Below are positions 1-7,340 of a DNA stretch of 38,438 nucleotides, piece by piece. Below the pieces are notes generated by a model. It searched no databases. It was not told the DNA's origin and was given only the letters and a program-made list of their open reading frames with translations. Positions within the stretch are counted from its first letter, which is position 1. Every line of letters begins with the position of its first letter. Source of the DNA: a virus; IMG/VR virus record IMGVR_UViG_3300045988_048834, positions 1 through 38,438 of that record. One strand, given 5' to 3'. A program made the translations under genes and the position numbers.

Positions 1-544
1 GGTAACGTCGTAGCTGATACGGTACAGGCCGCTGCATTCCACCTCAAAGCCGCCGGTATTCGTTTTCAACGCACACCCGGTGTCAGTGTTAAGGATGCCC
101 AGCACATTCACCGGCGTGCCTGCCGCCACAAAAGCCTGCGCCGCGTTGTTGTAGGCGTTCTGGGCGCTCTTGTAATGCGGATTCTTCAACTTTCGATTGC
201 AAGCCATCTTGAAATCTCCTTTCAAAAAATGCCCGCACAGCTATTGCCGTGCGGGCGTCGCTGTTACAGCGGTTTTTATGCGCACGCAGCGCAGCCGCCG
301 CCGCAGAACGGGGACGGACCGGCGTTGTAGGCATAGCCGGTGGGGTAGCGGACGACGCCGGTCATCTGGCCCGCCAGCTCCAGCGCGCTGACCTTGTCGC
401 GCAGCTGCTGGATGGTGTTGGCCTGCATCAGGGCGCGGGTCTGCTCGCCCTCGGAATGGATCGCCGTGGTGATGTCGCAGGTCTGCCGATCCATCTGGGC
501 CGACAGGTTGGCCATAGCCAGGCGGTTCTCGCAGCAGCAGCCGG
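1..544. repeat. Terminal direct repeat, copy 1 (identical to 37895..38438)
   Basis: The sequence and ORF track repeat with an offset of 37,894 (e.g. ORF 89..334 equals 37983..38228). Bases 1..207 are a truncated copy of the 5' part of CDS 37661..38101. The repeat ends inside CDS 276..917. Confidence 0.95.
224..256 (-). terminator. Rho-independent terminator-like hairpin between CDS 276..917 and the next minus-strand gene (second copy at 38118..38150)
   Basis: GCCCGCAC (231-238) pairs with GTGCGGGC (249-256) around a 10-nt loop. On the minus strand a U-run follows (plus-strand A6 at 224-229). Confidence 0.55.
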
Positions 545-917
545 CGATCTGCTGCTGGATACCGTTGCCGGTGCCCATGATCGTCTGCTGCAGGTTGCTC
601 TGGCCCAGGGCGACCTCCTTGCCAAGCTGGCCAAGGCCGCCCTGCATCTCGTAGCCGAGATTGCAGACGCCGTTGCCCAGATTGGTCAAACGGTCGTTGA
701 TCTGGCCGAACTGCTGGCCGTACAGGATCTCCTGCTGGCTTGCTGCCGTGGCGTACTGCCCATATTCTCCCTGGCGGTTCCAGCCGTTCAGGCCGCCGCC
801 CATGAGGACAAACAGGAACAGGATGATGATATACAACGCGCCATTGCCGCCCCAGTTGCCGTCGTCGTTGGCGTTGCGGGTGACGGCAGCAATATCGGAA
901 AGACTCATGTTATCCAC
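276..917 (-). CDS. Cys-rich single-pass membrane protein of unknown function (accessory operon)
   Basis: 213-aa ORF. A Gly-flanked hydrophobic helix (GGNGALYIIILFLFVLMGGG) is followed by a Gln/Asn/Gly-rich region. Cys clusters include CCCENR and a C-terminal FCGGGCAACA. I recognise no family. Confidence 0.6.
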   Translation of the reverse strand: MDNMSLSDIAAVTRNANDDGNWGGNGALYIIILFLFVLMGGGLNGWNRQGEYGQYATAASQQEILYGQQFGQINDRLTNLGNGVCNLGYEMQGGLGQLGKEVALGQSNLQQTIMGTGNGIQQQIAGCCCENRLAMANLSAQMDRQTCDITTAIHSEGEQTRALMQANTIQQLRDKVSALELAGQMTGVVRYPTGYAYNAGPSPFCGGGCAACA

Positions 918-967
918 TTCTTTTTTCTCCTTTCAAAAAAATCTATGATAAACCGTTGCGCACCGGC

Positions 968-1195
968 TTATCTCCAAAACTGTGCCAGGTCTTGAGCCTG
1001 CTGTTTCAGGGCGTCGAACTGCTGCTGCGTCATCCGCCCATCGGCCAGCATCTGCCGGACCTGTTCCTCTGCCTTCTGCGGCGTTATGCCTGCCGCGAAT
1101 TTTCGAAATTCAGCTGCAAAAGCCAGGGGGTTATTTGGCAGCCTGGGGCCGTTTGCCTGGGGCCGCAGGAACTGCATCAGCGGGTTGCTTGCCAT
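968..1195 (-). CDS. Hypothetical small protein (accessory operon)
   Basis: 75-aa ORF. A strong RBS (GGAGGAG) lies 7 nt upstream of the ATG at 1195. The ORF overlaps the 3' end of the upstream gene by 65 nt. Confidence 0.55.
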   Translation of the reverse strand: MASNPLMQFLRPQANGPRLPNNPLAFAAEFRKFAAGITPQKAEEQVRQMLADGRMTQQQFDALKQQAQDLAQFWR

Positions 1196-1535
1196 TTACG
1201 ATCTCCTCCAATCTTGTAAGACGCGTGTCCAAACTGGACATATCTACCGCGGGGGCGGTCTGGTGTGGGGCAATGTCAAACGGCTGCACCGTCTTGTACC
1301 CTGCCCCATCGGTCTGGCACAGCCACACGATGGGTGCTGTGTCGTCCATCACAATGGCGTTGCTGTTAGGGGCCATTTGCAGCGCCCGCGCCCCCGGCTC
1401 GCCGTTGACGTGGATGATCTCATACCGCTGCGCGGCCTGCTGCATTGTGCCGCCCGGGTTGTAGGGCGTCTGGCCGTACCCGCCGGGCTGGCCATACATG
1501 GCCGGATAGGCCATAGGGCTGTTATAATAGGGCAT
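1131..1535 (-). CDS. Hypothetical protein with a Pro/Gly/Tyr/Gln-rich N-terminus (accessory operon)
   Basis: I prefer the internal ATG at 1535 because of its RBS (GAGAGGTGA); the ORF track extends to 1643. The N-terminus reads MPYYNSPMAYPAMYGQPGGYGQTPYNPGG and is followed by a globular-looking domain. Confidence 0.55.
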   Translation of the reverse strand: MPYYNSPMAYPAMYGQPGGYGQTPYNPGGTMQQAAQRYEIIHVNGEPGARALQMAPNSNAIVMDDTAPIVWLCQTDGAGYKTVQPFDIAPHQTAPAVDMSSLDTRLTRLEEIVNGKQPADAVPAAPGKRPQAAK

Positions 1536-1643
1536 CGTGCTCACCTCTCTTTTATTATTATTGTAACGCAGTGCACATTTTTTCGTGCGCCACATCTGCG
1601 CCAACTTTACGCCAACTTTTTTATAAAAATCCCGCAATTTCAC

Positions 1644-1672
1644 TTGACATTACTACGCTAGCGTAGTATAAT
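1644..1672 (+). promoter_or_regulatory. Consensus sigma-70-type promoter with an 18-bp palindromic operator in the spacer
   Basis: TTGACA (1644-1649), a 17-nt spacer, then TATAAT (1667-1672). The spacer and -10 contain the perfect palindrome TACTACGCT/AGCGTAGTA (1651-1668). The promoter lies 45 nt upstream of CDS 1717. Confidence 0.7.
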
Positions 1673-1716
1673 ATAGACACAGTAAGAAACAACCACTTAC
1701 ACGAAAGGAAATAAAA

Positions 1717-2076
1717 ATGAGTAAGCTCGATTTTAGCGACACCATCTATAAACAGACCCACGTCCGCATTGACAACAACGCCCTCATCGACGACATCCGC
1801 AAGGCCATCAGCACCAGCGAAATGGAGAACGACGAGCGCCAGCGCATCACCGGCAAGGATGATGTCATGGAGCGCTGGGAGTACCTCGTCGACTTCCACC
1901 GGGACGAGATTCTCGACGACGACGGCGAACTTCTGCAAGTCGCTGACACCGTGAAGGTCATCGAGATCACCATTTACCCGCGAAGCCGTAACTCCGTCTT
2001 TGGCCGCGCCGGATTCCCTGTCAATGAGGACATCTTCGTTGAACTTCCCGCCGACGCCGACAGCTTTGAAATCTAA
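1717..2076 (+). CDS. Highly acidic small protein of unknown function (first gene of the plus-strand cassette)
   Basis: 119-aa ORF with RBS AAAGGAA. I count about 28 D/E against about 14 K/R. It is transcribed opposite to all neighbouring genes. Confidence 0.7.
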   Translation: MSKLDFSDTIYKQTHVRIDNNALIDDIRKAISTSEMENDERQRITGKDDVMERWEYLVDFHRDEILDDDGELLQVADTVKVIEITIYPRSRNSVFGRAGFPVNEDIFVELPADADSFEI

Positions 2077-2089
2077 AAGGAGGCCATCT

Positions 2090-2578
2090 ATGGAAATTTC
2101 CCTAAAGGAATACGCCGCCCGGCACAGCCGCGCCGCGGCGACTGTCCGCCAAAAGGCCATCCGTGGCGGATTTAAGACCGCTCGCCGCGTTGGCCGTGAC
2201 TGGCTCATTGATGAAGATGAACCCTACATTGACGAGCGCTTTGCCATGCCTTCCACGCCGCCGGACCTGTGGCTTTTGACAAACGGCAGGCACAGCCGCA
2301 CCATCAGCGACGCCGGTGCCGTCAAAATCGGCAGTGACGAATTCTCCGCTCTTATTCCCACCGGCGCGGGTGACGGCGAATCCGCCTACTGTATCTATAC
2401 GCGGGCAGAGCTGGACGCCGTCGGCATCAACACCGCCGACCTTCACTACTTCACCCTTGTTTCCGGCAGCTTCAACATCTACGACTACGACTGCGGGTGC
2501 GCCGTATCGGAGACTGTAGAAGGAGTCTTCAGCGTTTTCTATGCGGACGGCATCGTCTTTTTCGTAAAAGCCGAATAA
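2090..2578 (+). CDS. HTH (excisionase/MerR-like) DNA-binding protein with an unknown C-terminal domain (second gene of the cassette)
   Basis: The ATG at 2090 has RBS AGGAGG; the ORF-track start at 2000 overlaps the upstream gene. The N-terminus ISLKEYAARHSRAAATVRQKAIRGGFKTARRVGRDWLI resembles winged-HTH Xis-type domains. Confidence 0.65.
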   Translation: MEISLKEYAARHSRAAATVRQKAIRGGFKTARRVGRDWLIDEDEPYIDERFAMPSTPPDLWLLTNGRHSRTISDAGAVKIGSDEFSALIPTGAGDGESAYCIYTRAELDAVGINTADLHYFTLVSGSFNIYDYDCGCAVSETVEGVFSVFYADGIVFFVKAE

Positions 2579-2582
2579 AATA

Positions 2583-2632
2583 AAAAAGCGCCCCTCCCGT
2601 GTCCACCATGGACACAAGGAGGGGCGCTTTTT
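2583..2632. terminator. Bidirectional rho-independent terminator with the GTGTCC-N5-GGACAC palindrome at its tip
   Basis: AAAAAGCGCCCCTCC (2583-2597) pairs with GGAGGGGCGCTTTTT (2618-2632). The inner stem is GTGTCCA-cca-TGGACAC. It lies between convergent CDS 2090..2578 (+) and 2631..2828 (-). Confidence 0.8.
2599..2615. repeat. GTGTCC-N5-GGACAC palindrome, perfect copy
   Basis: gtgtcc accat ggacac; forms the tip of the terminator hairpin. Confidence 0.95.
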
Positions 2633-2828
2633 ATTCAGCCTTCAACTTCCCAACAATCGCCTTTACCCGTCTGTTCACCGTCCGCTCACTCAAATTCAGC
2701 TCTGCGGCAATTTCCGCATTCCCAAAGCCGCGCCGCTTCAAATCCAGCACCGCCTTTTCTTCATCCGTAAGCAGAAAGCACAATTTTTCATACGTCGCCG
2801 AATCCAAGCAAAAGCGGTATCGGCACAC
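2631..2828 (-). CDS. Small sigma-70 region-4 / LuxR-type HTH protein
   Basis: 65 aa. The stretch LTDEEKAVLDLKRRGFGNAEIAAELNLSERTVNRRVKAIVGKL is a typical region-4-like HTH. GTG start with a weak RBS. Confidence 0.6.
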   Translation of the reverse strand: MCRYRFCLDSATYEKLCFLLTDEEKAVLDLKRRGFGNAEIAAELNLSERTVNRRVKAIVGKLKAE

Positions 2829-2837
2829 ACGCGGGCC

Positions 2838-3134
2838 TTACTCGGATTTATTTTTCTGCTTTACGCACTGGTTGGCGTAGACCGCACCCGCCGCGCACAG
2901 AACGCCTTGAATGATGGCGGTGAAAACCGCCATGGCCGCGTCCTGCCCGCCGCCGATGGGCGACGTCGCCAAAACATACAGCGCGGCCAGCACAATGCCC
3001 ACCGCGGCCAGCACCGCCGGGATGAGCTTGTCCGCCACAGCAGTGCTAATTTTCAGGCAGTACCCAACGAAAATCAGCGCCGGAATCAGTACCAGCAGCT
3101 CCGGTTTAATGTAGTTCATGTAGTCGATGTTCAT
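2838..3134 (-). CDS. Holin (three hydrophobic helices, Firmicutes phage holin-like)
   Basis: 98 aa. IKPELLVLIPALIFVGYCLK, LIPAVLAAVGIVLAALYVLA and a third helix are followed by a charged C-terminus KQKNKSE. The gene is adjacent to the endolysin. Confidence 0.7.
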   Translation of the reverse strand: MNIDYMNYIKPELLVLIPALIFVGYCLKISTAVADKLIPAVLAAVGIVLAALYVLATSPIGGGQDAAMAVFTAIIQGVLCAAGAVYANQCVKQKNKSE

Positions 3135-3149
3135 AATAAAACCCCTTTC

Positions 3150-3464
3150 TTAATGAATCGGCAGCACCCGCGCCCGATTGTACAGTTCTGTGCCTGTTCC
3201 GTTACCGCCCAGCGCATGGTAGCTCTTGTACAGATATTCCAGATTTTTAAGGCCCGCCGTCTCGATCCAGCCCTGCGCGATATAAAACGTGCAGACCTGA
3301 TACAGCCGGTCGTGCAGAATTGCCAGCATCCCTGCCTTGATGGCGGCTCTTTCTTCTGCGTCGTCCTTGATTTTTTTCGCCAACCACCTATAAGCAACCA
3401 GCAGTCCAGCGGCCAGTACGCCAAAAGCCCACTCGACCCAGTATTTTATAATCCACTCCGGCAC
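3150..3464 (-). CDS. N-terminally membrane-anchored lysis-cassette protein (holin-associated, function uncertain)
   Basis: 104 aa with one N-terminal TM (WVEWAFGVLAAGLLVAYRWL). It lies directly downstream of the endolysin. Confidence 0.5.
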   Translation of the reverse strand: MPEWIIKYWVEWAFGVLAAGLLVAYRWLAKKIKDDAEERAAIKAGMLAILHDRLYQVCTFYIAQGWIETAGLKNLEYLYKSYHALGGNGTGTELYNRARVLPIH

Positions 3465-3465
3465 G

Positions 3466-4707
3466 TTAAACCTCCGCCCATTCAGATTTATACAGCCCAG
3501 CGTCCGTCAGGCCTCGTTCTTTGCACAGCAGGTAAATCGCATCTGCGTCCCCCTGCGAGACCGGCCCTACCGTGATGACCTGTAGCTTGTTTGCGGGATT
3601 GTCCGCTGCGGGCATGGCTTTGACCAGATGATTCAAATCAACCACGCCAGTGATGCCCGGCACGCCGCCTTGCCCGTATTGGTGGATGTGGCGCGGTAGC
3701 GTCTTGTCGTAGTTCGTGCGCGTGTCGGCCAGCCATCCGATGTAATCTTCACACAGGTAGGTGTAGTCGATGTTCGTGCCTGCGAAGGCCGTGAAGGTGT
3801 AGATGCCCGCCGTGAATCCGTGCGTCTTGGCCTTTTCGCAAAATGCCACAGCGATGGACGTGCGCTGGTCTTTCGTCAGGCGGTCTGCGCGTCCATCGTG
3901 CGTCTCGTGGCTCCACTCGGCATCGAAAAACAGCGGGTATCCAGACGGTGCAAGGCTTGCGCAGAAGTCTGCCTCCTCGCGGGCTTCTTCCACCGTGATG
4001 GCCTGCGAGAAGAAGTAAAAGCCGAACAGCTTTCCGCTTGCTTTCGCCCCTGCGAGGTTGGCATCGTACTGCTTGTCTTTCATCAGCTTTCCGCTGCCGT
4101 ATCCGCGATATCCGATGCGAACAATGGCACGGTAGGGAACCTTTGCCCAGTCAATAGCGCCCTGATGGTGAGACACATCAATCAGCACTTCCTCGCCGCT
4201 GGGCTGCACAGGCTGGCCACCGTATGTGCCCGCCTTGTTGGGTATGCCTGCATACGCAGTCGGGTCAAGGCCCTTGCTCGTGGCAGTGGCTCGCACTTCA
4301 AAGTGGCAGTGCGTCCATGTGCCTGCGGCGTTGCCGGTCTGTCCGACAACCGCCAGCACATCGTCGGTCTTTACTTTCTGCCCTACGCTTGCAAGCAACT
4401 TGGAGCAGTGGCAAAAATACAGGTAATTCACTGCGTCCGGGGTCTGGTTTGCGTCCAGCTTCACGCAGATATAATAGCCCCATTCCCATGTTTTGTTGCT
4501 CTTGTTCGTCACGATGCGGGCTGTAACAACGGTTCCTGCAATGCTCTTGCTGTTGTAGCCGGGCATGCGGATTTTGTCGTCATCCATACCGCAGACATCA
4601 ATGCCGCCGTGCCAAATCTTGCCGCCGCCGCGCGTGTAACCGTAGCAGCTGTACGGGTACTTCACGAGATTTCTCCCGCTAAAAATCATGGTATCACTTC
4701 CTATCAT
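3466..4707 (-). CDS. Bifunctional endolysin: M23 peptidase plus GH25 muramidase plus a small C-terminal domain
   Basis: M23 motifs: HGGIDV (HxxxD) and THCHFEV (HxH). GH25 signature: LIDVSHHQGAIDWAKV ... FFDAEWS. Confidence 0.85.
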   Translation of the reverse strand: MIGSDTMIFSGRNLVKYPYSCYGYTRGGGKIWHGGIDVCGMDDDKIRMPGYNSKSIAGTVVTARIVTNKSNKTWEWGYYICVKLDANQTPDAVNYLYFCHCSKLLASVGQKVKTDDVLAVVGQTGNAAGTWTHCHFEVRATATSKGLDPTAYAGIPNKAGTYGGQPVQPSGEEVLIDVSHHQGAIDWAKVPYRAIVRIGYRGYGSGKLMKDKQYDANLAGAKASGKLFGFYFFSQAITVEEAREEADFCASLAPSGYPLFFDAEWSHETHDGRADRLTKDQRTSIAVAFCEKAKTHGFTAGIYTFTAFAGTNIDYTYLCEDYIGWLADTRTNYDKTLPRHIHQYGQGGVPGITGVVDLNHLVKAMPAADNPANKLQVITVGPVSQGDADAIYLLCKERGLTDAGLYKSEWAEV

Positions 4708-4970
4708 TCGTTGATGGTATTTTCAGCGCCGTCAACCTCCGGCACATCCGGTGTCTCCGTAACCTCGTCTGCGCTCTCTCTCGCGTCCACTGCATCATAA
4801 TACGCCTGCGCCAGTGCTTCCACCTCGGCAATGTCCGCCTCATCCAGCAGGCCGTTGTCGAGGTGCGTGTACGCCTTGTCCAACCAGAACGCAACGTCGC
4901 GTCCTGCTGCAATCTCTCGCTTGATGCTACGCAGCGTTAAATCGTGCCGTGCTTTACTCTTGATAGCCAT
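4704..4970 (-). CDS. Small acidic phage protein between the fibre and the lysis genes
   Basis: 88-aa ORF. Its stop overlaps the endolysin start by 4 nt. No family recognised. Confidence 0.55.
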   Translation of the reverse strand: MAIKSKARHDLTLRSIKREIAAGRDVAFWLDKAYTHLDNGLLDEADIAEVEALAQAYYDAVDARESADEVTETPDVPEVDGAENTINE

Positions 4971-4992
4971 TTTATTACTCCTTTCAGGTTTG

Positions 4993-7323
4993 TCATGTTT
5001 GCGATGCTACCGCATCTTCCAAATCGGTGATTCGTTTAATGGGGTCTGCGCGTCCCATTACAGTCACGCTGTCGGCATCGGTCAGCACGGTGTTTACTCC
5101 CGCAATCGCGGGGATGGGCTGTGCTCCTGTCGCAGTGAAGGGCGTTTGGGTGATAGTCTCAAAAGCAATTTCAACATTGTTGGACGCTAGCCAATTCTTA
5201 ACATCCGTTCCAGTGGCTGCAACACTTCTGGGAAGCCGAAAAGCAATAAGATGATTGGCTGAACCTATCAGGTATGGTTTTGCTGTATGACCAATGTCCG
5301 AAACAAAATTAAAAATGTTTGACAAAGTCTTCGTATTGCGTGAAAATAATGTTGGATTATACAGATACCATGCAACGGCATCTTCTGATTGTACCCATCC
5401 TCCTTCATCCATGCCCTCGTAATAGTTATAGCTGCTAGGATTGTTTAAAAGCTGCCACGTCTCCTGCCCCTTGCCAGTCACCGCATCCACCTCACCGCCA
5501 TACACGGTTTCAGGCAAGGTCATTGTGTTGGTGCTGCCCTGGTACTTGCTATATAGTGTAATTGTGGTTCCGACTTCAATCTTTGGGTAAAACGTTAGGC
5601 TGTTGCAAACAACTCCTTTAGCTATAGAAACTTCGACACGTGAATCAATCTTGCGTGTTGTGAGCTTAACATTCGTATTGCCATCTCCTACATCAGTAAA
5701 CCATTTTCCGCCGATATATAAGCCAATATAGTAGCTTTTTAGCGTCCCACCAGCTGGGCAACCACTTAATGTCATGGGTGTGTTCATAGGCAGTCTTTTA
5801 TCAAGACCATAGTTAAGCACATAAAATGTGTTCGCCGTTGCTGTGCCATCAACAGTTATGCTACCGTCCTGTTTCGCCGTGAAAACAAGTCCGTTTTTAT
5901 TATAAGAAGAAGTATAGTATGGGAATTTTACCAAGTTCTCCCCGCACCTTTCAACCGTCACGCTGTCACGTCCCTTGATGGGACGAATGTTTTCGGGGCT
6001 TGGTGTCCCGCTACCCTCCTGCACCGGTTCCCACTTCGCTTTCACGCCCAGCGGATAACCCGCTACGGGGTAGCACACAACAGGGTTGCTGATTTCTTCT
6101 ATCGGTGGGCAAATCATATCCACGATGTTCTTGCTGCTCCACGAATTCGCCCCAACGGCAGTATCATCAATTTCGGCCTTCTTTTCTTTCAGCTCGGCCA
6201 CCGCCGCCGTGTTCGCCGCCACGTTCTCCACGCTCTCGGCCAGCGTGTCCGCGCTCTGCTTGGCGTTTGCCTCGGATTTCGCCGCAGCCTCGGCGCTCTT
6301 AGCCGCCGTATCCCGGGCAGCCTCCGCGCCCTCCTGGGCGGTCTTGGCCTCGTCCCGGGCCTTCTCAGCAGCCGCCTGGGCATCTTGCGCACTCTTGGCC
6401 GCCGTTTGCGCCGCTCCCTGCGCATTTACGGCCTCCGCTTTGGCCGCCGCAGCAGCAGTCTGGGCGTCCTGGGCAGCCTTGGCCGCGGTCTCAGCAGCTG
6501 CCTTTCTTGCCGCTGCGTCGCTGGCGCTCTGACCTGCATCATTGGCGGCAGCTGTGGCCGTGTCCGCTGCCTGCTGTGCCGCCGTGGCATTCTCTCCGGC
6601 GAGGTTGGCCGCATTGTTGGCCGCTGCCTTGGAATTCTCCGCCGCCTGGGCAGCCTGCGCAGCCTCCGTCGCCAGCGTATCCGCTGCGCTCTTACTGGCC
6701 GCCGCGGCAGCAGCCGCATTTTCCGCCGCCTGCTGCGCGGCAATCGCTTCATCCCGGGCCGACTCTGCCGCTTCTTTGGCAGCCCGCGCGGCCTCTGCAT
6801 ACGGCCCGGCCTTGGCAGCATCCGCCGCAGCATTCTCCGCCGCCTGCTGTGCCTTTTCGGCATCGGCCTGGGCCTTGTCTGCGTTGGCTTTAGCAGCCGC
6901 CGCATCCTCCGCTGCTGCCTTTGCGTCCGCCTTGGCCTGCAAAGCAGCTTCCAGCACCTGCGCCGCCAGCTCGGGCGTCGGCTCTGCATCCGCGCCGCCG
7001 TATACGCCCGCTTGCTCAAGGATAAGATACTCCACGTTGCAACTCGCCCGCTGCACGCCGGAGGCCAGCCCGGCCAGCACAAGCACGCCATCCTTGGCCT
7101 TCTTCGTCACCTCGGGCGGCACGTCCATAGCATCCCCATCCAGCAGGGCCACGCGCAGCGGCTCTTCCCGCCCGGGGATGTGCCACGTTGCGGTGAGATT
7201 TAGTCCGTCCCACCCGGCCCCGCGCTCAATCTTGATACTCTCCGTGCCAAAGCTGGAATTAGTCCCCAGCACCAGCTTTCGCGGGGTGGGGAAGTAGTTG
7301 TCCAGTCTCAAAGTATGTACCAT
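4993..7323 (-). CDS. Tail fibre / receptor-binding protein with a long Ala-rich coiled-coil
   Basis: The ATG at 7323 has RBS GGGAGGTG; the ORF track extends to 7392. About 270 aa are an Ala/Gln/Lys/Asp repeat (roughly 6120-6950). The C-terminal globular domain is encoded by low-GC DNA. Confidence 0.75.
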   Translation of the reverse strand: MVHTLRLDNYFPTPRKLVLGTNSSFGTESIKIERGAGWDGLNLTATWHIPGREEPLRVALLDGDAMDVPPEVTKKAKDGVLVLAGLASGVQRASCNVEYLILEQAGVYGGADAEPTPELAAQVLEAALQAKADAKAAAEDAAAAKANADKAQADAEKAQQAAENAAADAAKAGPYAEAARAAKEAAESARDEAIAAQQAAENAAAAAAASKSAADTLATEAAQAAQAAENSKAAANNAANLAGENATAAQQAADTATAAANDAGQSASDAAARKAAAETAAKAAQDAQTAAAAAKAEAVNAQGAAQTAAKSAQDAQAAAEKARDEAKTAQEGAEAARDTAAKSAEAAAKSEANAKQSADTLAESVENVAANTAAVAELKEKKAEIDDTAVGANSWSSKNIVDMICPPIEEISNPVVCYPVAGYPLGVKAKWEPVQEGSGTPSPENIRPIKGRDSVTVERCGENLVKFPYYTSSYNKNGLVFTAKQDGSITVDGTATANTFYVLNYGLDKRLPMNTPMTLSGCPAGGTLKSYYIGLYIGGKWFTDVGDGNTNVKLTTRKIDSRVEVSIAKGVVCNSLTFYPKIEVGTTITLYSKYQGSTNTMTLPETVYGGEVDAVTGKGQETWQLLNNPSSYNYYEGMDEGGWVQSEDAVAWYLYNPTLFSRNTKTLSNIFNFVSDIGHTAKPYLIGSANHLIAFRLPRSVAATGTDVKNWLASNNVEIAFETITQTPFTATGAQPIPAIAGVNTVLTDADSVTVMGRADPIKRITDLEDAVASQT

Positions 7324-7340
7324 TATGCACCTCCCCAAAA

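Noticed and set aside
89-391. ORFs 89..334 (-) and 197..391 (+), with duplicates at 37983..38228 and 38091..38285.
   Set aside because: They overlap better-supported genes and the intergenic terminator in other frames, and have junk-like Arg/Ala-rich composition.
1-544. The terminal repeats as attL/attR, LTRs or an IS element.
   Set aside because: The boundaries cut through two ORFs and no host DNA lies outside them. The integrase-adjacent tRNA fragment is a much better att candidate.
3131-3424. A 97-aa minus-strand ORF overlapping 3150..3464 in another frame.
   Set aside because: It has Trp/Arg/Cys-rich composition, no RBS and no membrane helix. The 3150..3464 frame has a clean start directly after the endolysin gene.
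6086-7297. Multiple overlapping ORFs in all frames across the Ala-rich repeat (6385..7203, 6542..7297, 6426..7091, 6507..6893, 6086..6532).
   Set aside because: They are alternative frames of a GC-rich low-complexity coding repeat. Only the fibre frame continues into recognisable N- and C-terminal domains.
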